Counted from the stretch's first letter, positions 27,401 through 41,189 are shown. The stretch: DNA of 64,000 bases from Octopus sinensis (GCF_006345805.1 NC_043005.1:95232001-95296000), one strand, 5' to 3'. The notes: a model not told the origin generated them from the sequence alone. A program made the numbers and translations.

Positions 27401-27734
27401 AACGGTATGAACAACAACATCAACATGCCAAATCAACAATATTTAGCAGTGAAATGAAGATGGCAAGTTAAGTGGCAAAACAGGTGTCTGTTTGATGTGG
27501 TGTACTTACACTACATACCTACATAAATACATACATACATACGTACATACATACATGCATACATAGTGAGAGATGGGGAGGGAGAGGGGAAGGAGAAGAA
27601 AAGGGGAGATAGGGGTAGAGAGTGAGATGGAGAGAAAGGGAGAGAGAGAGATGAGCACATACATCATACATAGAGAGGGACGTGTGCGTGCGTGTGTGTA
27701 TGTGTGTGTACAGAGAAAGATGGAGATGGAGAGG

Positions 27735-27767
<33 letters not shown>

Positions 27768-28156
27768 AAGTAAGAATTTGAGAAAAAAGGGTTGAAGAGG
27801 TGAGTGGTGAGCGGGGGAGGAGAACGGAGCGTGAATGGCAGAGGAATTCATGACACACCAGCCTGCAATTCAGGAATGTGGTGCAGCAATATCAGTGCAT
27901 CATGAACAACAACAACAACAACAACAACTGCGTTATCATCACCATTGCTACCACCACCACCACCACCACGAACATCATTATTGTCATTATCATCAACAAC
28001 AACAGCAGTTAGAAGATGCCTTTAGACGATGGGAATTATTGAATTGTTCAGTTGTTGGACTGAAGCGAGACGAAGAAACGATGCAAACAAAGAGAAACTG
28101 ACACGGCGAATAGCTGCAGTGCGTGCGTGTGTGTGTGTGTGTGTGTGTGTGCGTGT

Positions 28157-28197
<41 letters not shown>

Positions 28198-28208
28198 GAC
28201 GGTGATGA

Positions 28209-28242
<34 letters not shown>

Positions 28243-28505
28243 GGTGGTGGTACACACACATCCTCTCTCTCTCTCTCTCTCTTCCTTTGTCCCAGCCCCT
28301 TCTTTAACATCGTCATTAGAGTATCACAATCTCCAACAACATCATTGCCATCCTCATAGCCATCACCACCACCACCACCATCGCCATCATCATCATCATA
28401 ATTATCACTATCATCATCATCGTCAGGTCGGCTGTCATGGTACTAGTGATGATGATTATGATGATGGTGAAATTGATGCTGACAGCACTGACGTTCGAGG
28501 TTATA

Positions 28506-28542
<37 letters not shown>

Positions 28543-29324
28543 CGACGACGTCGATGATGACGATGATAATGGCAACGGTGATGAGGATGATTTTCGTAGT
28601 CTAATGTCAGTTCCACGGAGGGGTTTCGAGGCAGGTCAGTGTGTGTGTGTATTCAATAATCAAAGGGTGACAGTGGTATGTTAGGGATTCGTTGTTGTTG
28701 CTGTTGCTGCTGCCACTACTGTTTAGCCCCAGGTCAGCATTGACCGAACCCACATATGACTAAAGGCGTTCCAACGGTGACTATTCCGCCATTTTTTAAT
28801 AACTAGGTCTACATCATCTCATGTGTCCTTCATTTTCTCTTTATTTCGGAGACAATTATGCATGACTTAGGATAGATTTGACAGCTATGTTTAGCAGGTT
28901 GTATGTCTATTTTTTTTCTATCCCTATGCACGATCTACCAAAGGGTACACTGTCCAATGTATCCATATTTTTTGTTTTGACTGAAACGATAAGGCTAGCT
29001 TTCAATGAGATTTGGCTGCTATTTCAAGCAGGTTGCGTGGAGTCCTCCTGGTTAGCAGTTGAAGGTTGTTGCTGCTGCTCTTGCTGTTGTTGTTTAAGCC
29101 CTGTTGTTAAAGCACACATATAAATAAAAGTGCTCCACCCGTGACCATTCCATCGTTTTCTATATCAGGATATTTATTACATTGTCCACTGTATCTGCGC
29201 CGCCCTGGAGAGAGTGGTTTGAGGGAGATTTTATCTGCTCTTTCTAGCTTGTCATGCGACTACAGACAATACATGCAGGGTTTCCTTGATGGTTGGCTCA
29301 TCTGCGAGGTGACGGTGGTTGCTA

Positions 29325-29364
<40 letters not shown>

Positions 29365-29695
29365 CGCGTTTGCGTATGTATGTTGCAACAAGAAATATAT
29401 GTATGTGTGTAATGAATGCATATGTGTCTATATATATGCATGTTTAAGTATGTAAGTATGTACGTGTGTATGTATGTATATATATATAAGTGAAGAGATA
29501 TTTGTACTTGTATTTTTGGAGCAATTAGACACTGAATATATTAATAGAGAAACGTGATCTTTTACACACTCACATACACACACACACACATACGTACGCA
29601 CACATACACACATGCGTACACACAGATACACGCACGCACACAGAGATACACACACGTATATGTGTGTGTATGTGTGCATATGTATATGTATGTGT

Positions 29696-29777
<82 letters not shown>

Positions 29778-30211
29778 GCATATGCAAATTCAAAGATTCA
29801 TAAATGCAGAAAATCTTACACACACGCACGCACATATGTACAAACATACATGCACACATACATACGCGTACGCACACACACATACGTACAATGGATGCAT
29901 ACATACATTCATATATAAATGAACGGGATGGAGGAAATTTGGAGGAAATGAAAATGGAAACAATGACATTATACAGAAGTATACGCATTCGAAAGAAACA
30001 TGAAGAAGCTTCTGTGTACTCACAGCATTCGTTTTGTCCGATATTATAAGGAGTGGAAAGCGAGAGAAACAGCGAGAGTCGAACCACCTTCTTACTTTCT
30101 TTCACTGGAATAATTCAAACAGCAAAGAAGCGAAGGAGCAGAATGACATATATATATATATATATATTGATAGATAGATATGTAAATATATATATATATA
30201 TTTATAAATTA

Positions 30212-30258
<47 letters not shown>

Positions 30259-30669
30259 TTTAGAGTTTGGTTTTGTAGTAATCTATTACAAGATGTCTCT
30301 CTTACTTTCTCTCTCTTTCTTTCTTTCTCTGTGTTGTATATTTTGGATAATCCGAACGTGTTTTAGAGCAAAGTGGAGGTAAGGCAGCAACTAGATTCTC
30401 AAATCAGGTGGTGGGGGTGGTGGTAGTGGTGGTAGTGATGGTGGTGGTGTGGTTGTGGTGGGAAAATAAGACCAACTTCATCTGCTACTTCCAAATATCT
30501 CTCACTCTGCCTCACTGCAGTTTCACTATACGCGCGCTGCTCCCGTGCTGTGTGTGTCTAACTAAGCTCATCTGTTGTGTGACTATATTCGCATACATGT
30601 AATAAGTACGAAGATCCACTCACACATATACACACACACACGCGCAATTACATAGATAGATAGATAGAC

Positions 30670-30724
<55 letters not shown>

Positions 30725-30743
30725 GATAGATAGATAGACAGAC

Positions 30744-30814
<71 letters not shown>

Positions 30815-30845
30815 GAGACACATAGATAGATAGATAGATAGATAT

Positions 30846-30899
<54 letters not shown>

Positions 30900-30901
30900 G
30901 A

Positions 30902-31013
30902 GTTTCTTTATTGGCCACACAGGGCTGCACACAGATGGGACAAGTTACAAGGTAGAGCTTTTCTTTTGGAGGATGAAAAAAAAAACAAAAAAAACAAAAG
31001 AAACAAAAAAAAA
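30902..31013 (-). mobile_element. Extremely 5'-truncated copy of the Tx1-like element 3' end inside a (GATA)n array
   Basis: gtttctttattggccacacagggctgcacacagatgggacaagttacaaggtagagcttttcttttg matches 43049-43115; (GATA)n at 30654-30899 and 31014-31085. Confidence 0.8.
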
Positions 31014-32203
31014 TAGATAGATAGGTAGGTAGGGAGAGGGATAGATAGATAGGTAGGTAGATAGACAGATAGATAGACAGATATAATGTATGTATGTATA
31101 AATTCGCGTGTTTATTTATGCATATAATATACGCTGTAGTTGTCACCCTTTAACTGGTGTTTATACTACTTAATGTTATTATTACTGTTATTGTTGATGA
31201 TGATGATGATGATGATATTACTGCTGCTGTTGTTGCTGCTACTACATTTGTAACTGTTGCCGTTGCTGCTGACGCTGATGCTGATGCTGCCTGCTATCAC
31301 TTCTACTAATACTATTATAATAACTGCTGCATCTGCTGCCGCTGCTGTTGCCGCCACCACCGCCGTCGCCGCCGCTGCTGCTGCTGCTGCTGCTGAAGCT
31401 GCTGCTGATGGTATTATTTCGTCTATCTACTCTCACCACTATTACTACTACTACTGCTGCTGCTGGGGGCTGCTAATGCTGCTGATACTGCTGCGACTGC
31501 AGAAGCTGCTGCAGATGTTGTTGCTGCTGTTCCTACTTCGACCCTCAGTTATTGTGTCAGGTATTGCTGTTCTTGCTGCTGCTGTTACTGTCGTTGCAGC
31601 AGTTTAAGTTGTTGCTGTTGGTGATGATAATGATGGTGGCGGCGGTGGCGGTGGTGTAACCTAGCGGAGTGTTTTGCATTCAGCTCATGTGACGAAAATT
31701 TTCACTCACCCACAGAGCCAAACCTCTTTCTCTCATATCTCTCTCTCCCTCTTTTTCTCTCTCTCTCTCCCTCCCTCCCTCTCTCTCTCTCTCTCTCTCT
31801 CTAACTCGCTGCCTTTAGAGAGCCAGATACAACTCTATATTTCTTTCTCGACTATTCTTCTCTCTTACACTTTCACTACCTTACCTTAAACCCTTCCCTT
31901 TCTTTCTTCTTCTCTCTCTCCCTCTTCCTCTCTCCCTTTAACAGTCTGTCTTTATTACGCAATTTCTCTCTCTCCCTCTCGCTTTCTTTCCTTCACTCTT
32001 TCTTTTCTTTTCCCTCGTCTTTCTCTCTCACTTTTTCTGTCTTTCCTGACACCATCTCTACTTGGCTTTCATCAAATGTCTCTCCATTCAAATGTCTTTC
32101 ACTCACTCTCTCACTCACTCACTCACTCTCTCACTCACTCTCTCACTCACTCTCTCACTCACTCACTCACTCACACTCACTCACTCACTCTCTCTCTCTC
32201 TCT

Positions 32204-32248
<45 letters not shown>

Positions 32249-33774
32249 CCTAGCAGCCCATCACTATTCTGGTAATACGATCCTACGAGGAAAACTGTAC
32301 ATGTCACTCAGCCTGCTAGAAGTAGCAGCCAAATCACCTTCAAATCACATTTAGTTAGTTTCAGAAAAGGAGACATTGGATAGGAAAAACACGAGTTGGT
32401 CATGGCTGGAATGCATTTTGTTTTAAGTCTGCTCCACCATGGCTGACCTGGAACTAATCAACAACAACAATTGCTAAAGATAGCAGCCAAGTGCCCCTCA
32501 CATCACATATGTCTTACTTTAAGATAATGTAAGACATATTGGAAGATGTGACCTATTTTTCTATAACCGGTGAGATGGCCATGACCTGGAACGCTTTCGA
32601 CAACAGAATCGCTCGATCGTTGCAGACCGAAGGTTCGGTAACCCCCGCCTCATCACAACCACCGCTCTCACCACTACCACCACCACCAACACCACCACCA
32701 CCACTATCATCACCACTATGATCGCAGCTGCCGCCGCAACCACCACCGCTATCATCACCACCATCGCCGCCACCACCACCACAATCATCATCACCGCCAC
32801 TACCACTATCACCACCATCCCCGCCATTGCCATCAACATCACCAGCACCATCATCATCATCATCGTCATCATCAACATGACCACCACCTCCAAACCTTCG
32901 TCGCTCATTTATTCAAGATGCCAATGCAAATAAATCCATTTCCAATTTTGATCCCAAACTCCTTTCATTCACCAGGTGCTGCTGCTGCTGCTGCTGCAAC
33001 AACAACAACTACTACTGCTGCTGCTGCATAAATGATGATGATGATGATCAGGATGATCATGTTTGGGAAGATGAACATTACGATGATGATGATGTTGGAC
33101 ATCATCATCATCATTATCATCATCATCATTATCATCATCATCATCATACTGAAGATGATAACCATGGTCAAGACAGTTCCCATAATCATGACGACGACGG
33201 TGATGATGATGATGATGATGAGGAGGAGGAGGAGGAGGAGAAGGAGGAGGAGGAGGAGGAGGAGGAGGGGTAGGTGGTGGAGGATGTGGATGATGATGAG
33301 GAGGAGGAGAAGAAGATGGAGATGGAGATGAAGGAGGATGGGACATTGTCGCTGTACTACCGTTTAGCTCCTGGTCGGCTCTGTCTGAGCACTGGGTCCT
33401 AACTGAATACCAATTAAACCTATAATTAACGGCGTTCCAGTTGTGACCGTTCCCTCATTGTAATCTTAATTTGCAATGGTAAATTAAGGTGCGATTTGAG
33501 AGAGATTTGGAAACTATTCCCAGCACACTGAACAATCTCTCTCTCCAGAATATAATCCTTCTCCTGTCAGACGATGAAATGGCAAAGTCAACCCGCAGAC
33601 TATTTGAATTTTAAGCTGTTCAAGGAGCCAGCCGAAAGGAAAAGGACGAAATGAAATAAAACCAGGCAATTATTCGGTCACTCTACTACTTCTATTATCA
33701 TAACTTTGTACACAGCATTACTAGCTTATGATAGAAGCAAGGATGATAATGCGTACCCCGAGACCAGAAGCAAC

Positions 33775-34100
33775 AGAACTTGAGGCGGAGTTATGATGCT
33801 AAAACGTGCTAAACCTCTTCATAGCTTTTTTATATTTACGAATTTTCACAAAATATTTTCGATTCTGTCTTCTGCATAATGAAATTAATACGATTAGGCA
33901 AAAAAAAAAAATTAATCCCCCCCCTCCATACCGCCCCCAGTTTTTTCTGGGTTTTTTTTTCTTCTAATTCTTAGTTCTAAAATACGGACAGTCCGATTCT
34001 GCCATTCGTTTCTCTTTATAATTTCCAGATATTCGTAAAAAGTTATGAGGGGTCTTATTTAGCACGTGCTAACATCATAACTCCGCCGAAGTCGCTCTTG
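33775..34100. mobile_element. MITE-like element with imperfect TIRs of about 60 bp
   Basis: ggcggagttatgatgctaaaacgtgctaaa (about 33785) is the inverse of tttagcacgtgctaacatcataactccgcc (about 34058-34087). Confidence 0.65.
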
Positions 34101-34339
34101 TCTACAACAAAAAAAGGACGGATTCTTTAACTTTGGTTGGTTGCCCGCAAGAGATGGAGATTGTAACAACTTAACACCGCAGTCACCTTTATGGGTGAAA
34201 TGCCATTTAAAAATATATTATAACAACTCTGTAAATGAGACCGAATCCATAAGTACAAGTTTCTCGCTAAGCAGTATGATGGGCCTGGTCGTCATCCAAA
34301 TACTGCCACAAAAACTAGAAGGAAGTGATCTCTAACGAC

Positions 34340-34835
34340 AATAGGACTATGATCAAATGCTAACACAGAAACCAGCCTGCCAAAATAGGACACAGGAAAA
34401 GGGTCTAAGAACGCAATTCTTTCACAGAATAAAACCTTCTAGATCAAAAATATCTAATCTTGAGAAAACTCTGGAGAAGATTTCCAAAATAGTGAAAGAT
34501 GAAGAACAGAACTATACAGAAGAAATCGAACAAGAAATGGCAGAAAATTCAATAAATCATTAGGAGAGAAATAATAGCCAGGATAATAACAACTTTTGAT
34601 TCGTGGAAAGAGAGGATGTTAAAGAGGGGGGAAAGAGCTTACTACATTGGTTGGATGAGAGATGAACTAGGGAAAGAACGAGTGCCAGGCTTGAGAGGAA
34701 TCGAAACAGAAAAATTACGTAAAATAGTAAAGAAGCTGGACAAGTTAACGAAAATCAATGTTGACAATATGAGATGTAAACGACTGTATATACTGCACAA
34801 CCTCTGTTCATGGGCTAAAAAGTCGAGCAAAAAAT
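34340..34835 (+). mobile_element. Degenerate N-terminal fragment of an R4/Dong-like LINE ORF
   Basis: ERVPGLRGIETEKLRKIVKKLDKLTKINVDN resembles the pre-RT region of R4-clade elements (cf. PYLPKIK...ITELNDSVY at 63638-63919); broken frames. Confidence 0.45.
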
Positions 34836-34849
34836 GGGTTGCATATATA

Positions 34850-34887
34850 TCGTAATATATATAAAACTGAGAATGTGTGTGTGTGTG

Positions 34888-34922
<35 letters not shown>

Positions 34923-35750
34923 GTGTTTCCCTAAAACTTGAGAACTACACAACCAATTTCATTCAAATTTTACACATGCTTTACTTAGGGTCCGGGGAGT
35001 GTCATCGGCAAAAAAATTTTAACTTTTTGCTTAGGGCAAGCCCACAGCAATATTATATCTTCTCCACTACGATTCCCTAAAACTTGAGAACTACACAACC
35101 AATTTCATTCAAATTTTACACATGCCTTACTTAGGGTCCATGTAGTTTCATGGGAAAAAAAATGTTCAACTTCTTGCCTAGAGCGAGCCCATAGCAATAT
35201 CTTCTCCACTATTTCAGTATTACGTGTTAAAGGTGAAACAAAAATATTTCTCTATTTTATGTCAGATGCTTTCACTTTAACAATAAAAATAATAATAACA
35301 ATTGAATTATATGTAGTAAGTAATAATTAAAATCAAACTAAAGTATAATATAATCGTAACATACAAAAGTAAAAATAGCAATTGGTATAAAATTGCATCA
35401 ATGATTTGAACTTGAATAAGTGGTTTCACATGAATGGGAATAAATTAAAAATATAATTAGCGTGCAGAAATGGAATTGTCCAGATGGATAATAAAAAATT
35501 AAATTAAAGAAAAGATTATTGTCTATAAAGTATACAATGTAGAGAAAAAAGAAGAGCTAACAATTCCAGTCTGTTATATATTTTGAGTATTGTTATCACT
35601 AGCGATATCAAGATATAACTTTGTATTTTGCCTTTTATGTGTAGATGTATATATATATAGATGTACATGTAATATGTACACATATATATATATACACATA
35701 TATACATGCTCTAGCACTATGACCCGGCAACGACGGGTCTTTAATGCTAG
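34850..35750 (+). mobile_element. Non-autonomous Helitron (901 bp)
   Basis: A|TC at 34849/34850, then atatatataaaa and (GTCT)n; 3' hairpin gacccg-gcaacga-cgggtc (35721-35739), then CTAG (35747-50) followed by T; internal 146-bp tandem repeat (34929, 35075). Confidence 0.85.
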
Positions 35751-36537
35751 TATATATATATATATAACAAAGTGGAGTTGTAAGGTACCGCACGAGTGGA
35801 ATTATATATGAAAGAAGGTTTGAAGATGCAATTTTAAAAGATGTTTATTTACTTTACCGGTTTCACTTTTTAGAAAAAGATTGTCAAAAGTAACATGTAA
35901 AAGTTTGGTTGTGTTAATTACTGGTTGTCACGAAATACTACAATACATATATACATTCTTTGGTAACAAGGACATGTTAAGAACACTTTACAAGGGAAAA
36001 TCTTGGGAAAATATAAAAAAGTTTAACAAGTTCATCAAAATATTGGGCACAAAAGATTACAACATATATATACATTCTCAAGAAAATGTTAAAGATATTT
36101 TCCAGAAGGAATTATTAAAAAGTCCGGTGGAATATTGTTATTGTATCTGTATGTATATACACACACAGAATACTATAAGTTCAAAAAAGTTTACTTTATA
36201 GTAGTAGGGTAGCTTAAACTGACCTGGTCCACCATGTTATCCTAAAAGACTATTTTTATATAGTCATTTATACATATATATATATATACATATATATATA
36301 TAAATGCGGCCTTTTAAAGCTTAGCCAGTTTTCCCGGTTTCCATGGTGTATGTGATGCCCAGCTGGATGGGACGCTAGTCCATCGCAGCGTTACTCATTT
36401 TTGCCAGCTGAGTGTACTGGAGCAACGTGAAATGAAGTGTTTTGCTCAAGAACACAACGCGTCGCCTGGTCCAGGAATAGAAACCACAATCCTACGATCA
36501 TGATGCTAACACCCTAACCACACACACACACACGCCT

Positions 36538-36578
<41 letters not shown>

Positions 36579-36680
36579 TACATATATATATATATCCAGG
36601 GTGAATACTTGATAAATGTAAGCACCTGTATAGGTGATAGGATATATGTATCAAAAGAAATACAGGACGCAAAGGATTTT

Positions 36681-36773
36681 GCGGTACATATGTTTCGGGC
36701 TTTATTGAACAACTTATTCTTATATCAATGCATAATTGGTATAACAGATAGATCAAAAGCCTTCTTCAGCCGC
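36681..36773 (-). ncRNA. Type I hammerhead ribozyme (left arm)
   Basis: GCGG-CUGAAGA-A-GGCUUU...AAAGCC-C-GAAA-CAUAUG-UA-CCGC on the minus strand. Confidence 0.75.
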
Positions 36774-37746
36774 GTACAATTACCACATCAAAGACATGTA
36801 TCACATTATAACAGGTTTGAGAAAGAGTTTGAGAAAAAACCGAGTTTCATAGGGAAAGTAAATCCTCAGAGGTATTGCGAGACTCCAAAACAAATCGTCC
36901 ATACCTTTTCCTCACTAGATAAAGAATGAATACTGGGTAGATTACTTCATATAGGGGAAGGAATTGAATGTTGAGAGAAAGAGGAAAGGAGGGGAAGGGG
37001 TGAAACTTTAATGAAGTTGGGATCACAAAAACGAAAAAATATATCTATAAATTTAAACATAATTATAAAGGATAATAATAAATATGAAATATAATAAAAA
37101 AAGTAAAGATGCAAAAAAATAAGTATATAAAGATACAAAGGACGTCACGTATAGGGTCAGAAAATTCTAGAAATGTATTGTGAAAGTGTAAAAGGTACAA
37201 GAAATAAAGGGTAAAAGATAAAATAAAATAAAAAATAAAAGATAAAAAGTGAAAAATAAAGACGAAAAATAAAAAAATAAAAAAAATAAAAAGGTGAACA
37301 TAAAGATAAAGTGAGATAAAAATAAAGAGATACAGAAGAATACATGGCGGTTAGAGATGATGGGTTAGAGTTTTGATGCCGTGGTGAGTGTCGTAAATTA
37401 TTTTTTTGCATCTTTACTTTTTTTATTATATTTCATATTTATTATTATCCTTTATAATTATGTTTAAATTTATAGATATATTTTTTCGTTTTTGTGATCC
37501 CAACTTCATTAAGGTTTCACCCCTTCCCCTCCTTTCCTCTTTCTCTCAACATTCAATTCCTTCCCCTATATGAAGTAATCTACCCAGTATTCATTCTTTA
37601 TCTAGTGAGGAAAAGGTATGGACGATTTGTTTTGGAGTCTCGCAATACCTCTGAGGATTTACTTTCCCTATGAAACTCGCTTTTTTCTCAAACTCTTTCT
37701 CAAACCTGTTATAATGGGATACAAGTCTTTGGTGAGGTAACTGTAC

Positions 37747-37839
37747 GCGGCTGAAGAAGGCTTTTGATCTATCTGTTATATCAACTATGCATTGATATAA
37801 GAATTAGTTGTTCAATAAAGCCCGAAACATATGTACCGC
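37747..37839 (+). ncRNA. Type I hammerhead ribozyme (right arm), predicted cleavage after GUA at 37835
   Basis: Helix I GCGG/CCGC; CUGAAGA 37751-57; helix II GGCUUU/AAAGCC with inner 9-bp stem UUAUAUCAA/UUGAUAUAA; GAAA 37824-27; palindromic helix III CAUAUG; A-C mismatch at the base of helix II. Confidence 0.75.
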
Positions 37840-38169
37840 AAAATCCTTTGCGTCCTGTTTTTCTTTTGATACATATATATATATCGGTATGTAATAATAA
37901 GATCGAAGGATCTAAGTGCAGGAGGTTTGTAAGCTTCGAGCAGTCCGTGGTAGGTATAAAAAAACAACGTTCAAGAACAATAGTTTATTGGCGAGGATTG
38001 TAGGCTTTTCTCATATCGAAGTTCGATAAGCTGAAATAATATTTTTACAGTCCACAGTTAGCAACTTGAGTCGCTATGCATGCGAATAAAATTCCAAATT
38101 GAGGGAGTGAGACAGGTAAAATGCAGCCGACATATTTCTCGTAGCTAGCTGATCAACGGAAGTAATCAT

Positions 38170-38479
38170 TTTTTGTTGTTTGTTCCTTCTCGAGCCATGC
38201 CTGGCTCATGAGGGCCGGTTTCCTGGTTTCCTTGGCGTATAGGTTCCCCACCTGGACGGGACCCCGGTCCGTCTTAGGTGAGCTGCTAGATGCAGGAGGA
38301 AAGAGTGAGAGAAAGTTGTGGCGAAAGAGTAAGCAGAAGTTCGCCATTACCTTCTGCCGGACCCGCGTGGAGTTTAGGTGTTTCGCTCATAAACACACAC
38401 ATCGCCAGGTCCGAGATTCGAACCCACGATCCCTCGACCGCGAGTCCGCTGCTCTATCCACCAGGCCATGTGCCTCCAC
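38170..38479 (-). mobile_element. tRNA-derived SINE, family C variant
   Basis: gtggaggcacatggcctggtggatagagcagcggactcgcggtcgagggatcgtgggttcgaatctcgg head. Confidence 0.75.
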
Positions 38480-38483
38480 GGAA

Positions 38484-38572
38484 GTAATAATTACTCAACG
38501 AGGAGTACTCAGCTTGCTACTCAACAGACCGAAGAGTAGCTAACTGAGCACCTCTCGTTGAGTAATTATTAC
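38484..38572. other. 89-bp near-perfect hairpin
   Basis: 39-nt arms, outer 19 bp perfect (gtaataattactcaacgag/ctcgttgagtaattattac), 11-nt loop. Confidence 0.85.
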
Positions 38573-38711
38573 ATCAGAATATCTGGTAGCTACGAAACAT
38601 ATGTAAGGTGGATTTTACCTGCTCCACTCTCTTAATTTGGATTTATATATAAAAATCTATGTGTGTATGTGTGTGTCTTGTGACTTGACAACCAGTGTTG
38701 GTGTGTTTACG

Positions 38712-38771
<60 letters not shown>

Positions 38772-38773
<2 letters not shown>

Positions 38774-39230
38774 CAGGGTGCGTAAAATATTTGAGGACAG
38801 ATTTATGTTTATAAAAAACAGTTATATATAACAGATACTAACTTTACCTATCAAAACACGCTATAAGGATAAAAACAAACCTTCTTTTCTATAAGGTTAT
38901 TCAATAACGCCATCTTCGGCTTCAACAACTGCTTCTATATGAGATCTAAATAATCTACATGCTCGAATGATGTGGTCCTGGTTCATTTTGGATATTACTC
39001 TGACTATGGAAGGTTTCAAAGAATCTTTGGTGTTTTGGGCGTGTTTATTGACCTCTCTCTCAACAACACTTCATATGTAATAGTCCAATGGATTGAGATC
39101 TGAGGAGGCCATATGTTAAGGGTTATGTGATCATGTAAATTTTCAACCATCCATTCTTGTGTTACAAGAGCCATGTGTGATTGTGCAGAGTCTTACTGAA
39201 ACACATATGGCCTTGCATTGCATACACTGT
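38772..39230 (-). mobile_element. Tc1/mariner-superfamily transposon 3' remnant
   Basis: Minus strand YVFQ*DSAQSH...WPP/(S)DLNPLDYYI*SVVEREVNK...IEAVVEAEDGVIE*; TA-CAGGGTG terminus at 38772-38780. Confidence 0.8.
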
Positions 39231-39849
39231 CTAATTTCGTAAATTAGATCCAGAGAATCTAATCAATTTGTACAAAACATACACACAAGAAAATGTCTCT
39301 TACAAAGTTACTTGTTTCCCCCGCATGTTTGTGTAATGCAAAGGTACTCTTCAGGGAGCCCGTTTCAACCCTGTACCATTACTAGGATTACGAAATCAGT
39401 CATTTGATGTTTGCTCTGTTGTTGTTGTTGTTGTTCTTGCTCTTGTTGTCGTCGTCGTTGTTGTCGTTGTTGTTGTTGCTGTTGCTGTTGTTGCTTAGCT
39501 CTAGAGTAACCCTAGTCGAGCAAATCTATGATCAAAGGTGTCTCAAACGTGAAAATTCCGAAGAAAGAAAGAAAGAAACAAACAAACAAACAAACAAACA
39601 AACAAAGAAAACAGAGTAAAGGTGAAACAGAAAGTGAAAGAAACATATAGTCCGGTTCATTACGCGCTGAATTAAAATCGCACCAAGGGCAGTTTTTTTT
39701 CTTTCATAACTTCTGGGTTCGATAAAGTAAAGAACCTGTCCAGGACATTGGATAGGTTAAATTGTTAGAATGTTGGACAAGATAAAATGCTTTGAGAGTT
39801 TTGTTGCTATTGTTCACGTTCTGAGTTCACCTTAGATGATATTGAGATC

Positions 39850-40330
39850 GAGGTGTAACAGCTTTTAGCTTTAACTTTGGAGAACATCGATAGTGTGAAG
39901 AAGGAGGACTTGCTATACGGCCGGTGGTCTTCCGTTAAAGAAAGAAAAAGACGTTGGTTGAGGCTGCCCTTGGATGAGGAATTTCTGCAAAATGTCCCAC
40001 TTTATGCATGCAGTCGAGTCAAAACATATGGCCAGTGAGTATCAGTGACTTTGCATGCTTTCAAGTTGAGCAATATAATGGTGTCTCTGGAAATTGAAGC
40101 AGGGCTTGAAGAAGTAGAATTTATGTAACTGAATTGCTATTGCTATAGAGAAAGTTTCTCTAAAGAGGAGCTTAATGCTGTTGGAATAAGAGCGATCTGC
40201 AAGGGAAGAAGACATCGGAATTGTACACATTCCACTTGAGTTAATTACAAAGAGAATGCGACTAAAGGATTGGCACTTATCGATGAAGGTCTGCCTTTCT
40301 TTCCTGATAACGATCCTATTCATGAACGTC
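39850..40330 (-). mobile_element. Possible degenerate CR1/Jockey-like LINE fragment (between endonuclease and RT)
   Basis: Patchy similarity only (HKFY..., WDIL..SSKG.., KAKSCY); no intact motif. Confidence 0.3.
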
Positions 40331-41189
40331 ATATAAAAAAATTATAAGATGAGATCATAATAAATTCAGTTCATATACAAAGTGATGAGGCACCATAAAT
40401 ATAAGACAACTCTGAATAAAATTTTCGTCTCTGCAGTTGATACTGATACTAATGATGATCTATTGAGCAGAAGAGGGTGCTGGAGCTTTTGTAGATATTA
40501 ACTTATCTGATTTTTGCTAAAGAAATTGTTCGTTCATATGATACCCTCGCTACTTTGATCAGTTGATTGTGACTCTGCATGGCATTTCTTTAATCAAAAC
40601 AGACTAGACATAGCGGTGAAATATATTTTAATGTGGTATCTATTTCTAATTAGGTGGCCTTAGATGTTGAGAAATTAGTGTTGTTCTCTGAGCACAAGTT
40701 ATAATGGGCCAGCCTTCTCACATTCCATGTCACGCTGAATCTCCCTGAGAACTACGTTAAGAGTACGCGTGTCAGTGGAGTGCGCAGCCATTGCACGTTA
40801 ATTGCACGAGCAGGCTGTTCCACCGATCCGATCACGGGTAGCTCATTGAAATACAAGTACTACTCATTTTTGCCAGCTGAGTAGACTGGAACAACGTGAA
40901 ATACAGTGTCTTGCTCAATGTCATAACGCGCCGCAGGGAATCGAACTCACGATCGCGAGCCGAATACCCTGGCCACTTCAGCCATGCCTTCCCATACATA
41001 TAAATATAATTAGATCATGAAATGTGAACTAAAGGGTGAGAAATACTTGATCATAATATCTAACAGTATTAGTGTCACTAGGAAGCAGATGGGAGCAATC
41101 AATGGTGACAAGAAACTACAGAAGGATGGCAGTAAACAGTTTAAAAGGTTTGTCTGTCAAGTTCAAGACGGTTACCCAAAACAGAAGAA

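Larger units (their letters stand above)
36642..37878. mobile_element. Non-coding Penelope pLTR-like palindrome with a hammerhead ribozyme in each arm
   Basis: 481-bp inverted arms 36642-37122 / 37398-37878 (roughly 97% identical by eye), 275-bp spacer, ATATAT at both outer ends. Confidence 0.8.

Noticed and set aside
36609-36929. 106-aa ORF in the palindrome arm
   Set aside because: It is antisense to the ribozyme strand, has no recognisable motif, and is not preserved in the other arm
37651-37680. Second CUGAGGA...GAAA core upstream of the hammerhead
   Set aside because: No helix I or helix II pairing could be built; at most a degenerate relic
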